Origin: a virus
Lineage: Duplodnaviria > Caudoviricetes
Reading direction: 5' to 3' (one strand)
Virus record (IMG/VR): IMGVR_UViG_3300013829_000003
Span: 1 to 41,337 of that record
DNA: 41,337 nt
Both the position numbers and the translations under genes were made by a program. The notes beneath the pieces were generated by a model. The model worked only from the letters and a program-made list of their open reading frames with translations. It searched no databases and was not told the origin of the DNA. Positions 8,916 through 15,398 of the stretch are shown here, in pieces; position 1 is the stretch's first letter, and every line of letters begins with the position of its first letter.

Positions 8916-9266
8916 TCACGGATGCGTCCTCGTTGGCCACCGCTCGTGAACGTCGCGATTGGCGCCCGTCGCGGCGTTCACCTTCCTCTGGATCGAGTCG
9001 CTCTCCAGTACCCAGGCTGCACATTGCAAGGCCTGCTCGTCACACTCGAAATCCGGCGTCCGCGTCTTCGCCTCCGCGATCAACCGCGTCAGTTCCTCGA
9101 TGATCCCGCGGCGAATCTCGAACGCCAACTGCCGCGAGAAATAGCCTCGTCCCAGCCGGTTGAGACGTTTGAGAGCGATGAGAACCACTCTGCGGATTAC
9201 CCATTTCTGGAACCAGGACAACGACAATGCGGCCGCAGCTTGTGACAACATGACAGCTCCTTTCAT
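8916..9266 (-). CDS. Hypothetical protein
   Basis: Fits the operon; AAAGGAG precedes the internal ATG at about 9251. Confidence 0.6.
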   Translation of the reverse strand: MKGAVMLSQAAAALSLSWFQKWVIRRVVLIALKRLNRLGRGYFSRQLAFEIRRGIIEELTRLIAEAKTRTPDFECDEQALQCAAWVLESDSIQRKVNAATGANRDVHERWPTRTHP

Positions 9267-9275
9267 GTCGGATAA

Positions 9276-9307
9276 AGCCCCCGCCGACGACGACGCCGGC
9301 GGGGGCT
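9276..9307 (-). terminator. GC-rich hairpin, putative terminator after the OMP gene
   Basis: AGCCCCCGCCG/CGGCGGGGGCT stem followed by a short T tract. Confidence 0.5.
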
Positions 9308-9322
9308 CGGAGGGGAGAAATT

Positions 9323-9820
9323 TCAGAACCGCCGCCGTAACCCGGCGACGAGCTGGTAGTCGTTGTCCGATGCGTTCCAGACGGTGCTCTGGTACTCGAT
9401 CACCGTCTGCCAGGCAGTCGAGGGGACCGCAAGCAGACCGCCCACGACATAGCCGCCGGAGAACTCATCGTCCCGGTCGTAGGTGTACTCGGCGAACAGG
9501 CCGCCGTAGAGCGTACCAGCCGGCAGAGTCAGATCGGTCTTGAGCACGGTCGCCAGCAGATCCGCCGTCAGGGCGTGGCCAATCGCATAGCCGCGGACCG
9601 GCCACTCCTGCTCCTCGCCGTCCGGCGTGTCCCGGTGCAGGCCGGCGGCGGCGAACTCCACATTGGGTAGCAGCCCTTCCCAGCCGACCCGCAGTTCCTG
9701 CATTCCATCGCCCCCGAGCGTCCAGGCCGTCAGACCGCCGACGCCATTGGCGTCACTCGCTCCGCAACAGGGGGCCACGACCATGGCCATGATGATGAGT
9801 TGAAACGTCCTTGCCTTCAT
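9323..9820 (-). CDS. Small outer-membrane beta-barrel protein
   Basis: Signal peptide, alternating amphipathic strands with Gly/aromatics, C-terminal YQLVAGLRRRF (terminal Phe, BAM signal). Confidence 0.7.
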   Translation of the reverse strand: MKARTFQLIIMAMVVAPCCGASDANGVGGLTAWTLGGDGMQELRVGWEGLLPNVEFAAAGLHRDTPDGEEQEWPVRGYAIGHALTADLLATVLKTDLTLPAGTLYGGLFAEYTYDRDDEFSGGYVVGGLLAVPSTAWQTVIEYQSTVWNASDNDYQLVAGLRRRF

Positions 9821-9854
9821 ACGAGACTCCTTTCAATTTCCGATTTCCGATTTT

Positions 9855-9973
9855 TCACCACGGAGACACAGAGACCACAGAGAAAGCATTTATGATTGTT
9901 GGTTTCGGATTGCGGCCATCAACAATCAAAAATCTCACTGTTCTTCTCTGTGTTCTCTGTGCCTCTGTGGTGA
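9855..9973. repeat. About 120-bp palindromic element with period-9 arms
   Basis: TCACCACGGAGACACAGAGACCACAGAGAA ... inner TGATTGTTG/CAACAATCA ... TTCTCTGTGTTCTCTGTGCCTCTGTGGTGA; flanked by a heptamer repeat (TTTCCGA) at 9831-9853. Confidence 0.9.
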
Positions 9974-10060
9974 TCCCAGTCTCCCGGGATCGGCGTCGAG
10001 TTCGTCGCCCGCCCATCGCCCCAGATATCCTCCAGCGGCTCGGCCGCCGCACTACTGCGT

Positions 10061-10477
10061 TCATCCACGTCCATCTGCGGTTCCCTCTTTGTCTGGTCTC
10101 TTGAAATTCATGGCCTCGTACAGTTCGATCCGCACGGCGAATCCGTACATCAGGCCCTGGAGCGTCCGAACCGCCTCTGCCCGCGACCTCGCGATCACCC
10201 GCGAGAACCGGGCGATCTCATCCCGCACGCCGTGCGGGTAGATGCACCGGTAGACGAGCAGCCAGACCACATCTCCGATCACGTCCATGCCCGGCGGTTC
10301 CTCGCCCCGCAGCAGGGCGAATCGGACATCGACGTCCGGCACCTCGACCACCTCCGGCAGCGCCCGCACCCGCTGACCCGGCACGGCCTTCGGCCGGGCA
10401 TACGGATTGCGGATCGTCGAGGGATCGTCGCCGAGTTTGGCCGCCGCTGATCGATCTGTCTGCGTTCGTACCGCCAT
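10061..10477 (-). CDS. Hypothetical protein
   Basis: Fits the operon; its 3' end is a period-9 repeat (GGAACCGCAGATGGACGTGGATGAACGCAG). Confidence 0.6.
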   Translation of the reverse strand: MAVRTQTDRSAAAKLGDDPSTIRNPYARPKAVPGQRVRALPEVVEVPDVDVRFALLRGEEPPGMDVIGDVVWLLVYRCIYPHGVRDEIARFSRVIARSRAEAVRTLQGLMYGFAVRIELYEAMNFKRPDKEGTADGRG

Positions 10478-10480
10478 GGT

Positions 10481-11437
10481 CTACCCCTGTCCCTCTGTTG
10501 TGCCGTCGATCAAAACCTTGATCTGGTCCGTGATCTGTTCTCGCATCATGCCCCGACGCCTGTCGAACGCCCGCTTCTGGTCCGCCGTACCCGTGTTCGG
10601 CAGGCCGTTCAGCCACTGTTGCATCTCAGCCAGTGTGTTCTCCATCGCCAATTGCCGCGAGGAGTAGTAGTCACTCTCGCCAGGCGGCACCACAATGCCA
10701 TAATTACCGAGCTTCAGCATGTACCCGACCCGCCAATCCGCGACCCACGCCCACAAAGTGATCTCGCACGCGACCTGCTTGAGGCCCCAGAACACGAGCT
10801 TGTGGCATATCGTCTTCTGCGGGGGATCTGTATCGCCTTTCGCGGGCTCGCCCTCGACCTCCGCCGCATCGGTATCCTCGCCGGCCTCTGTGGTCTCTGT
10901 GGCCTCTGTGGTGTCTTCCTTCCGACCCGCCAGTTTCAGCAGCGGGCGGTCCGCGTCCTGGGCTGCCGCCTGGGCAATCTGATTGATCGTCGAGTCGAGA
11001 CCGTAGACCTCGGCGATCTCGAAAAACTCCTCGATATCGTGCTTGCGGACCCGGCAGCAGGGGCGGCCGCTCGTGTCGAATTTCGTGTCGCCATTCTCGT
11101 CGGTGCAGACCTGGGCGTGACAGAGTTCGTGGTGCATCAGGCGCCGCCGCTCCGGCTCGGTCATCTCCGGCCAGGCCTCGGCGTTCAGGAGGATCACGAA
11201 ATCGAACGCATCGAGCGCCCGGTCCAGGTCACCGCGTTTTTTGCAGAACCCGGCCCTCAGAAAGCCGTCGGCGTTCGGCTTCCATCCGTACCGCCAGGCC
11301 AGGCCGATGGTCACATCAGCGAGGTCCGGCCGGCAGGATGCGATGATGGAGTCCATCACGCCGTACACGCCGTCCACCGCCTCCGTCTCGGCGGTCCGCT
11401 TGATGATCTCCACATTCACTGGTTTGCGCTTGCTCAT
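10481..11437 (-). CDS. Putative phage metallopeptidase with extra C-terminal domain
   Basis: HELCH (HExxH) plus KHDIEEF motif; the acidic linker DTTEATETTEA is encoded by an in-frame period-9 repeat (10886-10913); start at MSKRKP. Confidence 0.8.
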   Translation of the reverse strand: MSKRKPVNVEIIKRTAETEAVDGVYGVMDSIIASCRPDLADVTIGLAWRYGWKPNADGFLRAGFCKKRGDLDRALDAFDFVILLNAEAWPEMTEPERRRLMHHELCHAQVCTDENGDTKFDTSGRPCCRVRKHDIEEFFEIAEVYGLDSTINQIAQAAAQDADRPLLKLAGRKEDTTEATETTEAGEDTDAAEVEGEPAKGDTDPPQKTICHKLVFWGLKQVACEITLWAWVADWRVGYMLKLGNYGIVVPPGESDYYSSRQLAMENTLAEMQQWLNGLPNTGTADQKRAFDRRRGMMREQITDQIKVLIDGTTEGQG

Positions 11438-11450
11438 GTTCGGTCGTCCC

Positions 11451-11477
11451 CTTCGTGCCTTTGTGTCTTTGTGTGAC
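11451..11477 (-). repeat. Period-9 repeat variant (CACACAAAGACACAAAGGCACGAAG)
   Basis: Intergenic, runs into the AAGGGG RBS of the metallopeptidase gene. Confidence 0.8.
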
Positions 11478-11478
11478 A

Positions 11479-12246
11479 CTATCTTTCCGCTGTCACGAAT
11501 CCGCTCGCCACCGCATACTTTGCCAGATAGGTTTGCGTCGAGGCAGGTAGATATCCGATCCAATGCTTCGACGTCCCGATACCTTGACCCTGCCACCTGG
11601 CATACGCCTGGCGGACCCGCTTGGCGCCGCAGTTGTACGCGGCGACCCGCGAGACCAGGCAGTCGGGGACAGGACCCGTCGAATCGTTTTTGTCCAGCCG
11701 CTCGCACGTCAGCCACCGGGGCAGGACCTCGTTGAGGTACGTCCCCGCCACGACGCGGGCCCTCTGCGGATCGCGGGCATCGGCCCGGAAGTTCCACCGG
11801 GTCCGCCAACCCCGGTGGCGCTGCAGCCAGTCCATCGTGTCGTTCCACGCGCCCTCGGTGATCTGGTATCGACCCCGCTCGCCGGCGGCGCCGGGGGCTG
11901 CGTTCCGCTCGGACTCGGGCAGATGGCCCGTCTCGACCGCGGCGATCGCGTCGAGATCGACCCAGACCCTGGGCCCGTCGATCAGACCGCTCACTCCAGC
12001 CCGATCCGCCTCGATCTCGGCCAGCCGGTCCGCCGCCTCGGCGGCGCCGCGGATCGCCCGCACGATGCGGGGCGGGATCGATCTGCCACACTCTGCGGTA
12101 TCCGCGTCCTCTGCGGTTCCCTCCCGGGCCAGACACGTCTCACACTCGCGCAGACCGCGGGCCTGGGCCTGGCCGGCGCAGACCGCGTACCCGACGGCTG
12201 CGCCGATGAGCAAAAACAGGATGATGGCTGTGATGGACATACGCAT
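11479..12246 (-). CDS. Lytic transglycosylase / lysozyme-fold endolysin with N-terminal signal-anchor
   Basis: Hydrophobic N-terminus; IAAVET (catalytic Glu), GERGRYQIT, AAYNCG, TQTYLAK SLT motifs. Confidence 0.8.
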   Translation of the reverse strand: MRMSITAIILFLLIGAAVGYAVCAGQAQARGLRECETCLAREGTAEDADTAECGRSIPPRIVRAIRGAAEAADRLAEIEADRAGVSGLIDGPRVWVDLDAIAAVETGHLPESERNAAPGAAGERGRYQITEGAWNDTMDWLQRHRGWRTRWNFRADARDPQRARVVAGTYLNEVLPRWLTCERLDKNDSTGPVPDCLVSRVAAYNCGAKRVRQAYARWQGQGIGTSKHWIGYLPASTQTYLAKYAVASGFVTAER

Positions 12247-12492
12247 GATTCCTCCCGGAGGTTTTTCGACTGAGCTGCGGCGGCCTCCGTGCCGCGACGC
12301 CGCCCTGGTGACTATCCGTCCCGCCCGGCCTCCCTGCCGGAAAGTGACACGTCCATGTCACGCGAGACTCCCTGACTATCCGCCTAGTTGCCGTGCCAGG
12401 CGGGTGATTCCCTGCCCGCGGGGGCCTGTTATTCCCTCAAGTCGCGCCGACTCTCGACTGCGACGTTTCTCCCGCGGGCGACGTTTGATGCT

Positions 12493-12523
12493 TTCACCAC
12501 AGAGACACAGAGATCACAGAGAG
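12493..12523 (+). repeat. Period-9 repeat, left arm of an inverted pair
   Basis: TTCACCACAGAGACACAGAGATCACAGAGA; supplies the TGA stop of the 51-aa ORF. Confidence 0.9.
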
Positions 12524-12669
12524 TGTGCTTTCTGAATGATCTTCAATGCCTCACGGATCAGCGTGTTCTTCGACTTGGCGCTGTTACCCAACAACGCCTC
12601 ATTGAGTAAATCAACCACTCGATCCTTGTCCGTCCGTCTCGGTTCTTCCACGATCGTTTCGCTGTTCAT
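12514..12669 (-). CDS. 51-aa helical protein enclosed by inverted repeats
   Basis: Below the ORF-track cutoff; MNSETIVEEPRRTDKDRVVDLLNEALLGNSAKSKNTLIREALKIIQKAHSL with a strong AAAGGAG RBS. Confidence 0.7.
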   Translation of the reverse strand: MNSETIVEEPRRTDKDRVVDLLNEALLGNSAKSKNTLIREALKIIQKAHSL

Positions 12670-12682
12670 GATTGGACTCCTT

Positions 12683-12712
12683 TCTCTGTGTCCTCTGTGC
12701 CTCTGTGGTGAA
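12683..12712 (-). repeat. Period-9 repeat, right arm of an inverted pair
   Basis: TTCACCACAGAGGCACAGAGGACACAGAGA on minus, running into the AAAGGAG RBS. Confidence 0.9.
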
Positions 12713-12714
12713 AA

Positions 12715-12980
12715 ACGGGGGCCTCGGATTCCAGGCTGGCGAGCCTACGTCGTATCCTGCGGATGGTTACGCAGGGCGAGTTCAAGGCTGTGCTGTGCCT
12801 TCTCCGAAAGCCCCCCACGGCGTAGTGATAGCCTGCGAAACCCGGCCGGGCGGCCAGTGCCTGAGCACACTGCCGGCCGGGATGGTTTACACCGCCCGGA
12901 TGGAAGCGAGTGTGAAGAGGGGAATGCGTCCGGGCGGGAAAGTAGAGGCTGAAAGTGGGGGCCGGCGTCCCGGCCCCCGA
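12715..12980 (-). ncRNA. Hairpin-rich leader / putative structured ncRNA (copy E)
   Basis: Consecutive stems GGGGGCCGG/CCGGCCCCC, CCGCCCGGA/TCCGGGCGG (pyrimidine loop), CCCGGCCGG/CCGGCCGGG, AAGGC/GCCTT, CCTGCG/CGCAGG; no convincing ORF. Confidence 0.5.
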
Positions 12981-13061
12981 TGTCGCGTGGCTCTCGGCTT
13001 ATCGCCGGAGTATTGTTGCTCTGACATGACCAAATGATCCGCTGTTTTATCCAGCATCAAA

Positions 13062-13104
13062 GACTCTGGATCATTTAGTCAAGGTTCGAATCCTTGTTCC
13101 CCAG
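13062..13104 (+). mobile_element. attP: attP core: 3' half of tRNA-Gln(CTG)
   Basis: GA CTCTGGA TCATT TAGT CAAGG TTCGAAT CCTTG TTCCCCA G = anticodon loop (CTG), T-arm and acceptor strand, with no 5' half; 8 bp from the integrase stop. Confidence 0.88.
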
Positions 13105-13112
13105 ATGGACTC

Positions 13113-14219
13113 TTAGTGACCCGGATTCCGCGGTCGACCGATCCGTGAAAAGCTGGCCTGGGACCTCGAAACCGCCAGGCTCTGCTCGACCCGGATGTAA
13201 TGACGATTACCGGTTTCCGGCGACGACCAGCCCATGATCGTCATGGCGATCTTCGGATTGACGCCGTCGATCGCCAACTGGGTCGCAGCCGTCTGCCGAC
13301 CCATGTGTGGATACGCGACAACGATTGTGGGCTGGCCTTTTTCCACTCGAATCACATTGGCCTGCGCCACGATCACGCCGAAATCGCGATTCACCGTCGA
13401 GTACGGCTGCTGTTTCTGCCGCCAGGTCAAATTGCCAATTCGGGCAACTCTCGACTGACAGGCCCGCCGCGATAGATGCGGGTACATCCAGGGACATTTT
13501 TCCAGCAGACGCCGCAGAACGCTCGCATACCGCCGGGAGATCCCGACGGCGCGGTCCCTGCGACCCTTCGTCTGCCATTGCCACCACTGACCCGGCTTGT
13601 CCTCCCGGGCTCGCACGAGGACGAGACCCTCGTCCGGTCGCAGATCGACTCGACGCAGCGTCGTGACCTCGTTGATCCGCATACCATGCAGCAGGGCGTA
13701 CAGGATCGCCGTCCACCGCACGCGCGATGAGGCGTCCTGCCAGCGAATCCGCCGGACCGCCAGCAGCAGGGCGGCGATCTCGGATCGAGACCAGACGTCC
13801 GGTTCCGGCTCGGCAGGGCGTTTATTCCGGACTTCCGAGGCCGGATTGCTCGCCACCAGCGGCGGCTGCAACTCCAGCCCATACCGAAACAACTGACTCA
13901 ACGCCGCATGGTAGCTGTGCACCGTGTGCGGTCGAACCGGCTTGCGACGCCAGCCGCCGAAACCGTCCCGCTCGCCCTGGATCAGCCAGGTGCGGAAATG
14001 GCCGAACTGACGCGGCGTGATCCGATCCACCGGGACCTCATAGTCCGCGGCGGGGGGCACGCCGTGATCCTGCTCGTACTGCCACGCGAAAAAAGCGTGG
14101 AGACGCCGAGCCGCCAGCGCCACCTGCACCTTCGTGCACGCGCTGACCTCCGCGTTCCATAAATCGTACTCGCGTGACAGCTCTGATAGTGTGACATCTG
14201 ATGATGAGCTACGCGACAT
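13113..14219 (-). CDS. int: Tyrosine recombinase (phage integrase)
   Basis: GMRINE (R), TKGR (K), PHMGR (HxxR), MGWSS (W), HYIR (Y); AAAGGAGG RBS. Confidence 0.93.
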   Translation of the reverse strand: MSRSSSSDVTLSELSREYDLWNAEVSACTKVQVALAARRLHAFFAWQYEQDHGVPPAADYEVPVDRITPRQFGHFRTWLIQGERDGFGGWRRKPVRPHTVHSYHAALSQLFRYGLELQPPLVASNPASEVRNKRPAEPEPDVWSRSEIAALLLAVRRIRWQDASSRVRWTAILYALLHGMRINEVTTLRRVDLRPDEGLVLVRAREDKPGQWWQWQTKGRRDRAVGISRRYASVLRRLLEKCPWMYPHLSRRACQSRVARIGNLTWRQKQQPYSTVNRDFGVIVAQANVIRVEKGQPTIVVAYPHMGRQTAATQLAIDGVNPKIAMTIMGWSSPETGNRHYIRVEQSLAVSRSQASFSRIGRPRNPGH

Positions 14220-14259
14220 AGGTTAGACCTCCTTTCATCCGGCGCAGCTTCGAAAGCCA

Positions 14260-14274
14260 CGCCTCTATTATACA
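14260..14274 (-). promoter_or_regulatory. Shared -10 promoter motif TGTATAATAGAGGCG upstream of int
   Basis: Identical 15-mer at 18107-18121 (+); TGTAGAATAGAGG variant at 15924-15936 (+). Confidence 0.7.
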
Positions 14275-14348
14275 GTAGAGATCCAACCGATAGGCAGAGA
14301 ATATGCAGTTGTCAAAGATCGATTGACTGTTGCCCGAACATCCAATTC

Positions 14349-14421
14349 CGCCGCAGACCCGGTGGGCTGTCACATGGACACGCTCCATGCCGTTTCATGG
14401 CCATTTGGCCGGTCTGCTGCG
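14349..14421 (-). ncRNA. Putative structured RNA unit D (three-way junction)
   Basis: Outer CGCAGCAGACC/GGTCTGCGGCG, inner GGCC/GGCC and CATGGA/TCCATG hairpins. Confidence 0.45.
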
Positions 14422-14432
14422 ATCCATAAGTT

Positions 14433-14517
14433 TTGGCCTTGGCGACTGGCGCCGCAGGAGCCGACCCGGCGGCGATGGGGTTTTTACGGCTCCCCATGGG
14501 TCATTTTCCAAGGCCAA
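14433..14517 (-). ncRNA. Putative structured RNA unit C (three-way junction with complementary loops)
   Basis: Perfect 10-bp closing stem TTGGCCTTGG/CCAAGGCCAA; ATGGGG/CCCCAT and CGCCGC/GCGGCG hairpins whose loops carry AGCCG and CGGCT. Confidence 0.6.
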
Positions 14518-14518
14518 T

Positions 14519-14598
14519 GGCGGCCGGCTGGGTTCGGACCAGCGACATCCCGGACTCGTGCACAGTCGGGCGCTCTGCCAACTTGAGCTACGGCTGCC
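14519..14598 (-). tRNA. Aberrant tRNA-His-like gene (G-1:C73) with enlarged anticodon arm
   Basis: G GCAGCCG TA GCTC AAGTTGGCA GAGC G CCCGACTGTGCACGAGTCCGGG ATGTC GCTGG TCCGAAC CCAGC CGGCCGC C; A3:C70 mismatch, TCC instead of TTC in the T-loop. Confidence 0.65.
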
Positions 14599-14603
14599 AT
14601 AAA

Positions 14604-14709
14604 TAGCCCTCCAGGACGGCGGCCCTACCTGTTTTCAGGAGGGCCCCGAAAGACCAAGGTCTCGCTGACAGACCTCGGTGACGGTCAGGCGGACCGTCCC
14701 TTCAGGCTA
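14604..14709 (-). ncRNA. Putative structured RNA unit B between the two tRNAs
   Basis: Outer TAGCC..GGACGG/CCGTCC..GGCTA; ACCGAGGTCT/AGACCTTGGT and GGCCCT-CCTG/CAGG-AGGGCC hairpins; loop GTCAG is complementary to upstream CTGAC. Confidence 0.55.
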
Positions 14710-14710
14710 A

Positions 14711-14782
14711 TGGCGGCGGCTGGACTCGAACCAGCGACCTGTCGGTTATGAGCCGACCGAGCTACCCCTGCTCTACGCCGCG
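14711..14782 (-). tRNA. tRNA-Met(CAT), initiator-like, CCA not encoded
   Basis: CGCGGCG TA GAGC AGGGGTA GCTC G GTCGG CTCATAA CCGAC AGGTC GCTGG TTCGAGT CCAGC CGCCGCC A; complete cloverleaf. Confidence 0.93.
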
Positions 14783-14789
14783 ATAAGTG

Positions 14790-14905
14790 CACCACAGAGA
14801 CACAGAGATCACAGAGATCACAGAGAAAAAACGTCATACTTCGTGTCCCTTCGTGCTCTTCGTGGTTTCAACTCTTCTCCGTGTTCTCCGTGCCTCTGTG
14901 GTGAA
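14790..14905. repeat. Composite inverted period-9 repeat element upstream of tRNA-Met
   Basis: CACCACAGAGACACAGAGATCACAGAGATCACAGAG ... ATACTTCGTGTCCCTTCGTGCTCTTCGTGGT (near-identical to 8878-8908) ... TTCTCCGTGTTCTCCGTGCCTCTGTGGTGAA (near-identical to 2074-2104). Confidence 0.9.
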
Positions 14906-14909
14906 TTCT

Positions 14910-15180
14910 CTTCGCCGCCGGGACTCGGCGCGGGGCCTCCCTGCCCCTTGCCGGAATCCCACTCGGCGAGCGATGCGATTTTCAAAATGCCCCGGAGCGG
15001 AGGGAGAGGAAGCGAGATTGACTCCGGGGCATGTTTCATGCAGTCGGGGGGCCGGCGGCTCCGGGTGGCCGGAATGCTTACGAGGCGTGCCGACGCCCCC
15101 CGTTGAGATGCCGTCTTGGGCGTCGCGACCTTGACCCGCACCGCCCTGGATGGTATACTGGCAGGTATCACCAGGGAGGG
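14910..15180 (-). ncRNA. Hairpin-rich leader / putative structured ncRNA (copy A)
   Basis: CCCTGG/CCAGGG, CGGGGGGC/GCCCCCCG, ATGCCCCGGAG/CTCCGGGGCAT (pyrimidine loop), CGCCG-GGGATT/AGTCCC-CGGCG stems; shares motifs with 12715-12980. Confidence 0.5.
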
Positions 15181-15247
15181 TTTCGCGGATATCCGTGTGT
15201 CTCGGTCGCTCGCATCAAACTGTGGATGCCTCGTATGCATGCCACCT

Positions 15248-15275
15248 ATATCGGCCATCTTCCGCCGTTTGTCAA
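15248..15275 (-). promoter_or_regulatory. Putative leftward promoter (TTGACA-N14-GCCGATAT)
   Basis: Consensus -35 TTGACA at 15270-15275 and a GCCGATAT box at 15248-15255, divergent from the putative repressor; a second GCCGATAA at 15364-15371. Confidence 0.45.
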
Positions 15276-15398
15276 CGGCAAAATACGGCTTTCCAATCTT
15301 TTATTTCGTCCCGTCGCCTTCTCGGTACGGCGAAAAAAGCATAAGTGTTTACTGAATCACTGTTTATCGGCACGGGAGTTTTTGCGATGATAGCTGTT

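Noticed and set aside
13062-13104. Functional tRNA-Gln gene
   Set aside because: Only the anticodon loop to acceptor 3' strand is present, with no D-arm or 5' acceptor strand; better explained as attP
14349-14517. Hammerhead ribozyme or purine riboswitch identity for units C and D
   Set aside because: No CUGANGA/GAAA core or purine-aptamer junction consensus is present
14790-14905. Period-9 repeats as a CRISPR array
   Set aside because: The units are short tandem or inverted repeats without constant-length unique spacers, and there is no cas1/cas2 or effector operon
14818-15258. 146-aa ORF over leader A
   Set aside because: Pro/Arg/Ser-rich with no motif, and it reads through repeat DNA; dense hairpins explain the region better, although a short peptide cannot be excluded
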